From the IMG/VR virus record IMGVR_UViG_3300032288_004063: a stretch of DNA of 64,000 nucleotides. One strand, written 5' to 3'. Below, in pieces: positions 19,693 to 29,210 of the stretch. The translations under genes were made by a program, and so were the position numbers. Position 1 is the first letter of the stretch. The number at the start of each line of letters is the position of its first letter. This DNA comes from an uncultured virus (IMG/VR IMGVR_UViG_3300032288_004063) (lineage: Duplodnaviria; Heunggongvirae; Uroviricota; Caudoviricetes). Below the pieces are notes generated by a model that saw only the letters and a program-made list of their open reading frames with translations, was not told the origin of the DNA and made no database searches.

Positions 19693-20211
19693 ATGGCAAA
19701 ATTAAATCAACAACCAACAAATACAAGTTTTCTTCAACCAACAAAGTTTCAATTGACATTTACAAGAATGCCAAATTTAACTTATTTTTGTCAAACTTTT
19801 AATTTACCTGGACTATCGATGTCTGAAATAATTAGAAATACCCCGTTTGTTGATTTATATGTTCATGGTGATAAGGCTCAATATGAGCCTTTAGATATAA
19901 CGTTTATGGTAGATGAAGATCTTAGGGCTTGGTTAGAAATGCATAATTGGATAACGGGGTTGACATTTCCAAAAGAATTTGATCAATATCGTCGTCTTTT
20001 AAAAGACAATACAGATTACGGCGGAACAGTATCCGATGCGGTCATGACAGTAATGTCAAATAAAAATACTCCAAATATTCGTATCACTTTTAAAGATTGT
20101 TTTCCTATTACAGTGTCTTCAATTGCTTTTGACTATACCATGGATGCAAATATGACTCTAACAGCTTCTGCTACATTTAGATATAATTATTTTGATGTTG
20201 ACATTCTTTGA
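19693..20211 (+). CDS. gp3: Tail completion/tube terminator gp3
   Basis: FLQPTKFQL...YFCQTFNLPGLS, FMVDEDLRAWLEMHNW, FKDCFPI motifs; CATAAATA site at 19670. Confidence 0.85.
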   Translation: MAKLNQQPTNTSFLQPTKFQLTFTRMPNLTYFCQTFNLPGLSMSEIIRNTPFVDLYVHGDKAQYEPLDITFMVDEDLRAWLEMHNWITGLTFPKEFDQYRRLLKDNTDYGGTVSDAVMTVMSNKNTPNIRITFKDCFPITVSSIAFDYTMDANMTLTASATFRYNYFDVDIL

Positions 20212-20226
20212 GTTTTAGTGTATATT
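20198..20226 (+). promoter_or_regulatory. Sigma70-type promoter for uvsY-uvsW
   Basis: TTGACA-17bp-TATATT. Confidence 0.7.
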
Positions 20227-20253
20227 GCACTAATATTCCAAGGAATTTATATC

Positions 20254-20697
20254 ATGATCAAGAACATAGATGACCTAATGGAGTCGTGGAAAAAAGACTC
20301 ACAGATCGATAGTACGGAACTTGGTACAGAATCCATTCGCCTATCGTCCCTGCATTCAAAGTACATAGAAGTGTACAAGACGCAAAAGATGCGTTGTCAA
20401 AAGCTTCAATTTGATCTCAATAAACTGACCAAATTGAAGTGGAGATATTACGACGGTAAGCTAAACGGAACAGATGAACTGACTGAACTTGGTTGGGAGC
20501 CAATGCGTGAAAAGTATCTTCGCGCAGACATAAGCACAATGATATCTGGCGATGATGATGTGCTAGAAATCCAAACTAAATTAAACTATACGGAACTTTT
20601 CGTAGATTGTTGCGAGAAGATCATCAAGGAAATCCACCAGCGAAGCTTCAATCTGAAGAACGCTATAGAATGGCAGAAGTTTACACAAGGTGTCTGA
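20254..20697 (+). CDS. uvsY: Recombination mediator UvsY
   Basis: WKKDSQID...LHSKY, YYDGK, RSFNLKNAIEWQKF motifs; upstream of uvsW; start set at the ATG after AAGGA. Confidence 0.88.
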   Translation: MIKNIDDLMESWKKDSQIDSTELGTESIRLSSLHSKYIEVYKTQKMRCQKLQFDLNKLTKLKWRYYDGKLNGTDELTELGWEPMREKYLRADISTMISGDDDVLEIQTKLNYTELFVDCCEKIIKEIHQRSFNLKNAIEWQKFTQGV

Positions 20698-22177
20698 AAA
20701 AATAATCGTAGCAAAAAAAGATGAAGCATACATAATGATCTCTTGCGAGCGCGGCGTCGCTCGCGAAATATCAGAATATTTTACATTCTATGTTCCAGGA
20801 TATCAATTTACTCCAGCATTCAAAAGTAGAGTGTGGGATGGCAAGATACGTTTGTATGATACTAGAACATCCACACTGTACTACGGACTCATAACACATC
20901 TTGAGTCATTCGCTAAGGAAAGAAAATACACCCTTGTCTATGATGATAAGGTTCTTCAAACGACATCCTTCTCCCTTCACGAAGCAAAGGAATATGCCGA
21001 CTCCCTGCATATACAAAGTCGTAACAAAGATATTGACGCTCGCGACTATCAGATTGAAGCGTTCGCGTACTCTATACGTAATCGTAGACAAATGCTTATA
21101 TCTCCAACAGCATCAGGCAAATCATTAATAGCATATCTTATCACAAGATACATGACCGATCAAGACAAAAAAGGTCTAATTATCGTACCAACGACATCTC
21201 TTGTCGAGCAGCTATATTCAGATTTCCAAGATTACTCTACAAAGAATGGCTGGAGTGTAGAAGAAAATATCCACAGAATTTATTCTGGTCGTGAAAAGTT
21301 TTCCGACAAACTTGTCACAATCTCAACATGGCAATCTTTGTATACACTACCCAAGCACTACTTCAACTATGAATGGGTAATAGGAGACGAAGCGCACAAC
21401 TTCAAAGCCAAGTCATTGACAACGATCATGACAAACTTGGATAAAGCGTCTCTACGAATTGGTATGACAGGTACGCTCGACGGAACAAAGACGCACAAGC
21501 TTGTCCTCGAAGGTCTTTTTGGACCAGTGCGAAAGACCGTGACCACAAAAGAACTAATCGACAAGAAACAGCTCTCGGACTTTGAGATCAAGTGTCTTGT
21601 GCTAAAATATCCGGAAGAGATTTGTCGTCTTCTAAAAGATGCCAAATATATCGATGAGATGAAGTATCTTGTTACCAGCGATGCGCGAAACAAGTTCATT
21701 CGCAATCTGGTTCTCTCTCTAGAAGGAAACACATTGATTCTTTTCCAATATGTCGATAATCATGGAAAAGGATTGCACAAGTTGATTGAAGAAAAAGCTG
21801 ATGGAAGAAAAGTCTTTTTCGTTCATGGTGGAACGGAAACTGAGACCAGAGAAGATATTCGTGCGATTGTCGAGAAAGAAAACAATGCAATCATTGTTGC
21901 GTCTTATGGAACATTCTCTACAGGCATCAACGTTCGCAATCTACACAATATCATATTTGCCTCTCCATCAAAGAGTCGAATTAGAAATCTGCAATCAATT
22001 GGTAGAGGTCTTCGACTAGGAGACAACAAGAAAAAAGCTGTGCTTTTTGATATTGCGGATGATCTAAGATACAAGAAACATGAGAATTTTACCTTGAAAC
22101 ATTTCCAAGAACGTGTTAGAATATACTCTGAAGAACGTTTTGAGTTCAAACTATATAATATAGAAATCAAGGTATAA
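20690..22177 (+). CDS. uvsW: SF2 DNA helicase UvsW
   Basis: WDGKIRL, SPTASGKS, GDEAH, QSIGRGLR motifs. Confidence 0.96.
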   Translation: MSEKIIVAKKDEAYIMISCERGVAREISEYFTFYVPGYQFTPAFKSRVWDGKIRLYDTRTSTLYYGLITHLESFAKERKYTLVYDDKVLQTTSFSLHEAKEYADSLHIQSRNKDIDARDYQIEAFAYSIRNRRQMLISPTASGKSLIAYLITRYMTDQDKKGLIIVPTTSLVEQLYSDFQDYSTKNGWSVEENIHRIYSGREKFSDKLVTISTWQSLYTLPKHYFNYEWVIGDEAHNFKAKSLTTIMTNLDKASLRIGMTGTLDGTKTHKLVLEGLFGPVRKTVTTKELIDKKQLSDFEIKCLVLKYPEEICRLLKDAKYIDEMKYLVTSDARNKFIRNLVLSLEGNTLILFQYVDNHGKGLHKLIEEKADGRKVFFVHGGTETETREDIRAIVEKENNAIIVASYGTFSTGINVRNLHNIIFASPSKSRIRNLQSIGRGLRLGDNKKKAVLFDIADDLRYKKHENFTLKHFQERVRIYSEERFEFKLYNIEIKV

Positions 22178-22179
22178 AA

Positions 22180-22557
22180 ATGGAAATACTCTACATAAAG
22201 TTAAAGAATGGAACTGACATCATCTCCAATACTTCCATTGAAGGTAATGATGTCACTCTAGAGAATCCAATGGCAATTAGACAGTATGCAGATCCTACCG
22301 GACGTATTCTATTGTCGTTTCAGGAGTGGGTACCATCAGATTTTGTCGAGACTAGTTCCTTTGTCATTAGCAAGGAAGAGACTATCGTGATTTCAAGTAC
22401 ATCTCTTCGCACTAAGGAATTCTATAAAGAGTGTCTTCAAAAGAATGAAGCGAGTGATATGGATTCAGATCACGATGATGAGGAAGACGAAGAAGCATCA
22501 GATGCATATTCAAGTCTCATCAAGCTACTAAACAATCAAAAGAGATTATTGCATTGA
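22180..22557 (+). CDS. Hypothetical protein (Sm-like fold suspected)
   Basis: YIKLKNGTDIIS N-terminus; lies between uvsW and gp55. Confidence 0.55.
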   Translation: MEILYIKLKNGTDIISNTSIEGNDVTLENPMAIRQYADPTGRILLSFQEWVPSDFVETSSFVISKEETIVISSTSLRTKEFYKECLQKNEASDMDSDHDDEEDEEASDAYSSLIKLLNNQKRLLH

Positions 22558-22570
22558 GCTGAACACTAGA

Positions 22571-22599
22571 AGTGTATCGCTTTGTCAAGTGAAAGTCAA
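22571..22599 (-). promoter_or_regulatory. Putative antisense sigma70 promoter
   Basis: Minus strand TTGACT-17bp-TACACT. Confidence 0.45.
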
Positions 22600-22610
22600 G
22601 GAAAATCGTC

Positions 22611-23186
22611 ATGAAAAAAACCCCATCTAATCATTATGTTAATAACGAAGAATTCCTATCCGTCCTCATCAAATATCAAAAGGCGGTTAGGAAAGCAAAA
22701 CGAAACAAGGAAGAGAAGCCCCCCATACCAAACTACATAGGGGAATGCTTCATGAAGATTGCCGAGCATCTATCATATAGACCAAACTTTGCAAACTACT
22801 CATACCGAGACGAAATGATTGCCGATGCAATCGAGAATTGTCTCATGTATTTCGAGAATTTTGATCCAAAGAAATCGAAGAATCCGTTTGCATATTTCAC
22901 TCAAATAGTGTATTATGCTTTCATTCGTAGAATCTCTAAAGAAAAGAAACAACAATACGTCAAATACAAGTCTCTGGAGAATTCAAGAATATTTGATGAC
23001 ATTACTGGTGAAGATCTTGAACTTTTGGGTACAGAGATTAAATCTAGCGTTGTCAAAGGTCAGGAAATATACGACAACATGGCCGAGTTCATTGAAAATT
23101 TTGAACAGAGTCGAAAGGTAAAGAAAGAAAAGTCTACCAAAAAAACAGGAATAGAAAAGTTTTACGAAGGAGATACAAATGGCTGA
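22611..23186 (+). CDS. gp55: Late-transcription sigma factor gp55
   Basis: HYVNNEEF, IPNYIGECFMKIAEHLSYRPNF, NPFAYFTQIVYYAFIRRI motifs. Confidence 0.96.
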   Translation: MKKTPSNHYVNNEEFLSVLIKYQKAVRKAKRNKEEKPPIPNYIGECFMKIAEHLSYRPNFANYSYRDEMIADAIENCLMYFENFDPKKSKNPFAYFTQIVYYAFIRRISKEKKQQYVKYKSLENSRIFDDITGEDLELLGTEIKSSVVKGQEIYDNMAEFIENFEQSRKVKKEKSTKKTGIEKFYEGDTNG

Positions 23187-23385
23187 ACAAGAGCCTCTAC
23201 CAAGTCAGATTGAATACTTGATGAAAAACATGTTGGATCAATCGCAAGATGTTTGGAAAAGAAACAACTTTCGTCAGCGTCTTGCTCGCATTCGTGATTT
23301 GATGAATGACAAGATTGCAAAATATGATTCGGAATATGCCAAAGCCAATCGCAATGTAACTCCTTTCAAGAGAGCGTCCAAGTGA
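23179..23385 (+). CDS. Hypothetical protein
   Basis: 68 aa, AAGGAG RBS, overlaps both neighbours. Confidence 0.6.
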   Translation: MAEQEPLPSQIEYLMKNMLDQSQDVWKRNNFRQRLARIRDLMNDKIAKYDSEYAKANRNVTPFKRASK

Positions 23386-24449
23386 AGATTGCTCTCATTA
23401 ACGATACTCATGCTGGCGCAAGAAATGATTCTCTTGCGTTTGATGATTATTTTTTTCGTTTCTGGGACAATGTCTTCTTTCCATATCTCAAGGAAAACAA
23501 CATAGACACAGTCATTCATCTTGGTGATATCGTTGATCGTCGCAAGTTCATCAACTATGTCATCCTCAATCGTTGGAGAAACAAGTTCTTTGGTCGTCTA
23601 AAGGAGATGAATGTAAAGCTGCATGTATTGGTAGGAAACCATGATGTTCCATACAAGAATACAAACGATATCAATGCGATTGAAGAACTTTTTGAGCAGA
23701 GTGATACCATCCAAGTTTATAAGGAACCTTGCGACATCTCTATTGATAATTTTGACATTTGCCTGTTACCTTGGATTAACGTCGAAAATCAGCAAAGAAC
23801 TCTCGACCACATCAAGGCAAGCAGAGCACAGGTAGCATTTGGTCATCTTGAGATAGCCGGATTTGAAATGGATCGCGGAAACGTTTGTCGCGATGGAATG
23901 AATCGTTCGGTGTTTGACAAGTTTGAAATGGTTCTTTCTGGTCACTTTCATCACAAGTCTACAGATGGTCACATCGTATACTTGGGTAATCAATATCAAA
24001 TGACATGGGCAGACTATGATGATAAGCGTGGATTCCACGTGTTTGATACAGATACAAGGGAACTGGCATTCGTTGAAAATCCATATCAAATGTTCTTCAA
24101 GATCACATACGATGACAAGAACGATTTGGACTTCGATAAGTTGAAAAAGCTTGATTTCAGCGAGTACACAGGAACATATGTGAAGATTTTGGTTTTGCAC
24201 AAGACCAATCCATTCTTGTTTGAGCGATTCATGCAAAAGTTGATCGATGCTGCTCCTTTGGACATAAGCATCGTGGAAGACTTTTCCGATTTGACAAATA
24301 AGGACGATAGTGATATCATAGATGAAGGTGAAGATACCATGACCATACTTGATAAGTATGTCGATGGTCTTCAAATGGATTCTGCCGATAAGCTTAAATC
24401 GATTCTCAGAGAACTTTATCTGGAAGCAATAAATTTGGAAAAAGTATGA
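23382..24449 (+). CDS. gp47: Recombination nuclease gp47 (Mre11/SbcD-like)
   Basis: Metallophosphoesterase motifs DTH, GDIVD, GNHD, SGHFH. Confidence 0.95.
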   Translation: MKIALINDTHAGARNDSLAFDDYFFRFWDNVFFPYLKENNIDTVIHLGDIVDRRKFINYVILNRWRNKFFGRLKEMNVKLHVLVGNHDVPYKNTNDINAIEELFEQSDTIQVYKEPCDISIDNFDICLLPWINVENQQRTLDHIKASRAQVAFGHLEIAGFEMDRGNVCRDGMNRSVFDKFEMVLSGHFHHKSTDGHIVYLGNQYQMTWADYDDKRGFHVFDTDTRELAFVENPYQMFFKITYDDKNDLDFDKLKKLDFSEYTGTYVKILVLHKTNPFLFERFMQKLIDAAPLDISIVEDFSDLTNKDDSDIIDEGEDTMTILDKYVDGLQMDSADKLKSILRELYLEAINLEKV

Positions 24450-26176
24450 TACTCTTTGAAAAAGTTCGTTGGAGAAACTTTCTTTCTACAGGAAATGACT
24501 TCACGGAGATTACACTAAACAAATCTCCTACAACCTTAATCGTAGGAAACAATGGAAGCGGAAAGTCAACACTCTTGGATGCGTTGACTTTCGCTCTATT
24601 TGGTAAACCATTTCGCGGTATCAATAAGCCAGGGCTATTGAATAGCGTCAATGAAAAAGACTGCGTTGTCGAGATAGAGTTCATCATAGGTAAGAAATCC
24701 TACAAGATCCTTCGCGGAATCAAGCCGGGCAAGTTTGAAATCTATTGTGACAATGAACTAGTCAATCAAGATGCGTCTTCGCGAGATTACCAAGAGTATC
24801 TTGAAAAGTTCATTCTCAAGATGAACTACAAGTCTTTTACCCAGATCGTCGTTCTTGGTTCATCTACCTTTGTTCCGTTCATGCAGTTGTCTGCTGCGGA
24901 TCGTCGTGCAATCATAGAAGATCTTTTGGACATACAAATCTTTTCGTCCATGAATGTTGTATTGAAGCAAAAGCTTCAAGCAATCAAGGATGAGATGAGT
25001 GACGTTTCTCATCGTCGGGAAGTTGTAAAGGTCAAGATCGAATCAACGAAAAAGTTGATCAACGAGATTGCCAATACAAAAACTCTTCATATTGAAAAGA
25101 CACAAAGAGACATTGCAAACAGCAAATCTCAAATAGTTACTTTGGAAAAAGAAAAGGCATCTCTTGATCAAGAGATCGTTAAGCTTCAATCTGAAGTCGT
25201 CGGGGAGAAGAAGCTAGTTGGCAAGTCCAACAAGCTAAACAGTCTCATCGTCAAGATACAAGACAATGCCGAGAAGGCACAGAGCGAAATTAATTTCTAT
25301 GAAACCAATGATGATTGCCCGACATGTCGTCAATCAATTAGCGAAGATTTCAAGAAAACCCAGATTCAGACATTTCAAGACAAGATTGCAGAATACGGCA
25401 ATGGTCTTAAGGAAATAGATAATGAATTGGAGAAGATCAATACGCAAATTGCTCAGATCCAAAAGACTTTGAAAAAGATAAAGGACAAGACATTCAAGTC
25501 TCAGGAAAAAAATGCAACTATTACTGCAGTCAATGGTTATATCCAGAAGCTACAAAAAGAAATTGATACCATTGAGCAGAACAAGACAATAGACACAACG
25601 CATACTGATGATCTAAAAGCACTTGAAAAGCAACTGAATGATCTTGTTGAAGACGAGAAGAGATTGGTCAATGATAAGCATCATCATGAACAAGTTTCTA
25701 TTCTACTGAAAGATACTGGTATCAAGACCAAGATCATAAAGCAATATCTTCCAGTCATGAACAAGCTAATCAACAAGTATTTGAGTAGCATGGAGTTCTA
25801 TGTCAACTTCAATATCAATGAAAGCTTTGAGGAGGTCATCAAGTCTCGCCATCGTGATGAATTTGCCTATGAGAATTTTTCTGAAGGCGAAAAGCAAAAG
25901 ATCGATCTGGCATTGCTGTTCACTTGGAGAGCAATTGCCAAGATGAAGAATAGCGTGAATACGAATTTGCTGATACTGGATGAAATCTTTGATAGCTCAT
26001 TGGACTCAAATGGCACGGAAGAACTGTTGAAGATTTTGAACTCCATAAGTAGTGATACCAATGTTTTTGTTATTAGTCACAAGGGTGCATTGCTACAGGA
26101 TAAATTCAAAAGCACAATTGCATTTGTAAAGCACAACAATTTCTCAAGAATTTCTACTGAGGCTAGTTCCTTTTAG
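24446..26176 (+). CDS. gp46: Recombination ATPase gp46 (Rad50/SbcC-like)
   Basis: Walker [10 protein letters not shown], zinc hook CPTC, FSEGEK signature, LILDE, ISHK motifs. Confidence 0.96.
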   Translation: MILFEKVRWRNFLSTGNDFTEITLNKSPTTLIVGNNGSGKSTLLDALTFALFGKPFRGINKPGLLNSVNEKDCVVEIEFIIGKKSYKILRGIKPGKFEIYCDNELVNQDASSRDYQEYLEKFILKMNYKSFTQIVVLGSSTFVPFMQLSAADRRAIIEDLLDIQIFSSMNVVLKQKLQAIKDEMSDVSHRREVVKVKIESTKKLINEIANTKTLHIEKTQRDIANSKSQIVTLEKEKASLDQEIVKLQSEVVGEKKLVGKSNKLNSLIVKIQDNAEKAQSEINFYETNDDCPTCRQSISEDFKKTQIQTFQDKIAEYGNGLKEIDNELEKINTQIAQIQKTLKKIKDKTFKSQEKNATITAVNGYIQKLQKEIDTIEQNKTIDTTHTDDLKALEKQLNDLVEDEKRLVNDKHHHEQVSILLKDTGIKTKIIKQYLPVMNKLINKYLSSMEFYVNFNINESFEEVIKSRHRDEFAYENFSEGEKQKIDLALLFTWRAIAKMKNSVNTNLLILDEIFDSSLDSNGTEELLKILNSISSDTNVFVISHKGALLQDKFKSTIAFVKHNNFSRISTEASSF

Positions 26177-26741
26177 TTCCTTTTAGACCATTATCATGTC
26201 GTCCCGGTTTGAAACCGAATGGTATAGAATCATCTATTAATATCTGTTTTGATTCTATACCGTTTGTTATCCATTTTCTCTTTTGACCTTTTTTAGGGGA
26301 AACAAACATACCTTTTAATCCTAAATTCCAAGGTTTTTTGTTGTACATGGGATTTTTCTTACCTAATTTTGATAGGCGAATATTTTCTGCGTGTTTTTTT
26401 GTTTTTTTAACACCTAAAGTTTTTAGTCTTATTTTATTTCGCGTTGATTCTTTGATTGATAGAGCGCAACCACCAACGCCTCCCACTTTTAGATTATAAG
26501 TATCTTTTCTTTTAACAAAATCCTCATTCACAAGTTCTTTTTCTTTTCGATAAGCGTCATTTTTATGCATAAATATGTACAATATATCTTTGATAAAATT
26601 GTCTATACCATATTTACCTATAGCACGTTTCAGATATATACTTGATCCCATATAATCATCGTATATATTTGATGTTTTATGGACACCAATATAAATTTTG
26701 CCGTTGACTTTATTAGTGATTTGATATATAATGTAATACAT
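26163..26741 (-). mobile_element. Free-standing GIY-YIG (Seg-like) homing endonuclease with NUMOD3-like DNA-binding repeats
   Basis: [30 protein letters not shown], then ESTRNKIR...[13 protein letters not shown]-rich; the only credible minus-strand gene in the window. Confidence 0.88.
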
Positions 26742-26802
26742 TGCTGATAGCTCCTATTAAGCTGTTAGAGTGGATGGGTGTGCCCACACCGCGATCCACA
26801 AC

Positions 26803-26810
26803 TATTTATA
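26803..26810 (-). promoter_or_regulatory. T4-type late promoter driving the homing endonuclease
   Basis: + strand TATTTATA reads TATAAATA on the minus strand, ~60 nt upstream of the ATG at 26741. Confidence 0.75.
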
Positions 26811-26813
26811 GGT

Positions 26814-26867
26814 CAAAAAGTTATAAAGTTTGAAAAGATCAATAATTTTTCAAGGATTGTGAAATGA
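26814..26867 (+). pseudogene. Stranded duplicate gp46 C-terminus (QKVIKFEKINNFSRIVK*)
   Basis: Aligns without gaps to gp46 [15 protein letters not shown] (26108-26152); its TGA overlaps the next ATG. Confidence 0.8.
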
Positions 26868-27160
26868 TGTATAATGATGATTCTTCCAATGTTCAAACGC
26901 ATGCAGTAAAAACCAAGATTGTGACGGTACAACATACTGTAACAGAATTTTGGTTAGAAAATATGTCGATAGACAAGAAGCAGATCTTCGAAGATCTCAT
27001 AAAAGAAAAACTAGCCAACGAAATGGCTAGAACATTGTTGAAGGAAAATCTTGTACTATTTACAAAAGAATCTCATCCGGATAAATTTGATACGATCTAT
27101 CGTGCCAGATGTTATTTGGCTGATAAAGAAGATGTGGCTTTGATTGCAAATATCAAGTGA
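26864..27160 (+). CDS. Hypothetical protein
   Basis: 98-aa ORF. Confidence 0.55.
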   Translation: MMYNDDSSNVQTHAVKTKIVTVQHTVTEFWLENMSIDKKQIFEDLIKEKLANEMARTLLKENLVLFTKESHPDKFDTIYRARCYLADKEDVALIANIK

Positions 27161-27167
27161 GGATAAG

Positions 27168-27740
27168 ATGATAGAAAACGGAATGCTAAAGATCAATACG
27201 GCGGCGCAAACAATAAGACCGTATGAAATATATGATCTAGTCAAATCTACGGATCCAGTATTGAAGCAAGTTTGCAAGCCATTTGATTTTGCAAATCCGC
27301 CAATTGATCCAATTCATCTTGCGTCATCTCTTTTCGAGACGATGTTCAAGCATAGTGGTCTTGGTTTGGCTGCGCCGCAAGTTGGCATACCTTATCGTGT
27401 ATTTGTCGTTGGATATGACAATACGAACAAGCAGGTATTCTTCAATCCAGAAATCATTGAAAGATCTCAAAGAGAAGATGATCATCTTGAAGGCTGCTTG
27501 ACGTTCAAACGTCTATTCTTTAAAGTTTCTCGCCCACAAGAAATCAAGATCAAGTATCAACACGTTAGTGGTGAATGGAAAGAAGACAAGTTTACTGGTC
27601 TTACCGCTCGTTGCATTCAGCACGAATATGATCATCTTGATGGCATTTGCTTTACCGAGAGAGTTGGTAAAACTACTCTGATGATGGCAAGAGAAAAAGA
27701 ACGCAAGATGCGTATCAAAATGACGCGAAATGCTGTATAG
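27168..27740 (+). CDS. def: Peptide deformylase
   Basis: Three PDF motifs GLGLAAPQVG, EGCLT, QHEYDHLDG; start after GAGGA RBS. Confidence 0.95.
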   Translation: MIENGMLKINTAAQTIRPYEIYDLVKSTDPVLKQVCKPFDFANPPIDPIHLASSLFETMFKHSGLGLAAPQVGIPYRVFVVGYDNTNKQVFFNPEIIERSQREDDHLEGCLTFKRLFFKVSRPQEIKIKYQHVSGEWKEDKFTGLTARCIQHEYDHLDGICFTERVGKTTLMMAREKERKMRIKMTRNAV

Positions 27741-27939
27741 TGAATTTATGTATTGGGAGAATCCCATGATGAGTGATAGTGATTTTTTGCATTGGCTTCG
27801 CGATAGACTAATCAATGTTCACGGCGAAGACAATATGAGTGATCATATGATTAGACTATATAAGATTGCAAGGAAATTGGAAGATGATGATTCATATTGG
27901 AACGAAATAACGAAAAATAAGTATAGAGAAACCGATTGA
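27730..27939 (+). CDS. Hypothetical protein
   Basis: Short ORF (FLHWLRDRLINVHGED); the true start may be the internal ATG after GGGAG. Confidence 0.5.
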   Translation: MLYSEFMYWENPMMSDSDFLHWLRDRLINVHGEDNMSDHMIRLYKIARKLEDDDSYWNEITKNKYRETD

Positions 27940-27971
27940 TTTGATGTATAATACGTTTTTTATGGGATGAT

Positions 27972-29210
27972 ATGATGTACCAGAAATATACTGTTGCCGA
28001 TGTAAAAGAGTCTTCAGCGAGAAGACTGTTCAACGTCATTTCCACATTTGCAGGTGGCGGTGGATCTTCCACCGGCTATCGTCTTGCGGGTGGAAATATC
28101 ATTGCAATCAACGAATTCGTTGAAGAAGCAATCAAGACATACTCGACAAATTTTCCAGATACAAAGATCATTCCCGGAGACATCAAGAAATTGACAGGTA
28201 AGGACTTTCTAGAGACGGCTGGTCTAAAGCCAGGCGAACTTGATATACTCGATGGATCCCCTCCATGCTCTGCATTTTCTGTTGCTGGCAAGAGAGAAAA
28301 AGGTTGGGCTGGATATGTCAAAGATACACGCAATTCATATTTTGACGACGAAGGCAATGTCATTGAAGAAGGTGATATTGAAGTTCAAGAGGGTGTAAAG
28401 AAATACTCGGACGGAAAGACTGTCGAGAGTATTGAAAACCTGTTTCTTGAATTCATTCGCATCGCCGAAGAAATCAAGCCAAAGGTAATTGTTGCCGAGA
28501 ACGTCAAGGGTATCACTTTTGGTGAAGCTAAAGAAAAGCTGTATGAGTTCATCAACTCGTTTGAAAAGATTGGCTATCAAGTAACATATCAAGTCTTGAA
28601 TGCCGCAGACTTTGGAGTTCCGCAAGGTAGAGAGCGCACTCTTTTCGTATGCATTCGTGAAGATGTTTGTGATGCTCTAGATTTGAACTTTCTAAATATG
28701 CATTCAACCGTGTTTCCTAATCCAACACATACAAAGCATGTGACGCTTCGCCAAGCTATCGAAGACGTAGAAAACGATCCAAATGAGATTCAAGAACTCA
28801 AGGACTATGTCATGGGGGGATTTCAAAAAGATTGGATCACGAAACTTCCATTCAATCCTACAAGACACACAAAGCCTTCCGACAAGGAATACCGCGATTG
28901 GAATCCAAAGGCATCATGTTTCAACATGATTCGTCCATGTCCAGATCTTCCATGTCCTACGTTGACACAACGTGGACAACAGAAATCTGTCTCAGGTGTA
29001 TTTCACTATGCCGAAAATAGAAAGTTCACGATCAAGGAATTGAAGCGTATCATGAGTCTTCCTGAGGACTTTGTTCTTACTGGCAATTTTGATCAACAAG
29101 CCGAACGTATCGGTCGAATGGTTGCGCCCAAGATGATGGCTGCATTGGCAAGCAGCATTTATGAGAATGTTTTGAAACCATATAATGATAGACAAAATAC
29201 TATGCGATGA
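27972..29210 (+). CDS. dcm: C5 cytosine DNA methyltransferase family; predicted carboxymethyltransferase
   Basis: Motif I FAGGGG, IV DGSPPC, VI ENV, VIII QGRER; motif X reads IGRMVAP (R in place of canonical N). Confidence 0.9.
   Translation: MMYQKYTVADVKESSARRLFNVISTFAGGGGSSTGYRLAGGNIIAINEFVEEAIKTYSTNFPDTKIIPGDIKKLTGKDFLETAGLKPGELDILDGSPPCSAFSVAGKREKGWAGYVKDTRNSYFDDEGNVIEEGDIEVQEGVKKYSDGKTVESIENLFLEFIRIAEEIKPKVIVAENVKGITFGEAKEKLYEFINSFEKIGYQVTYQVLNAADFGVPQGRERTLFVCIREDVCDALDLNFLNMHSTVFPNPTHTKHVTLRQAIEDVENDPNEIQELKDYVMGGFQKDWITKLPFNPTRHTKPSDKEYRDWNPKASCFNMIRPCPDLPCPTLTQRGQQKSVSGVFHYAENRKFTIKELKRIMSLPEDFVLTGNFDQQAERIGRMVAPKMMAALASSIYENVLKPYNDRQNTMR

Noticed and set aside
26108..26813. Group I intron in gp46
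   Set aside because: No recognisable P/Q/R/S core and almost no non-coding room; gp46 is complete without splicing and the endonuclease is antisense.
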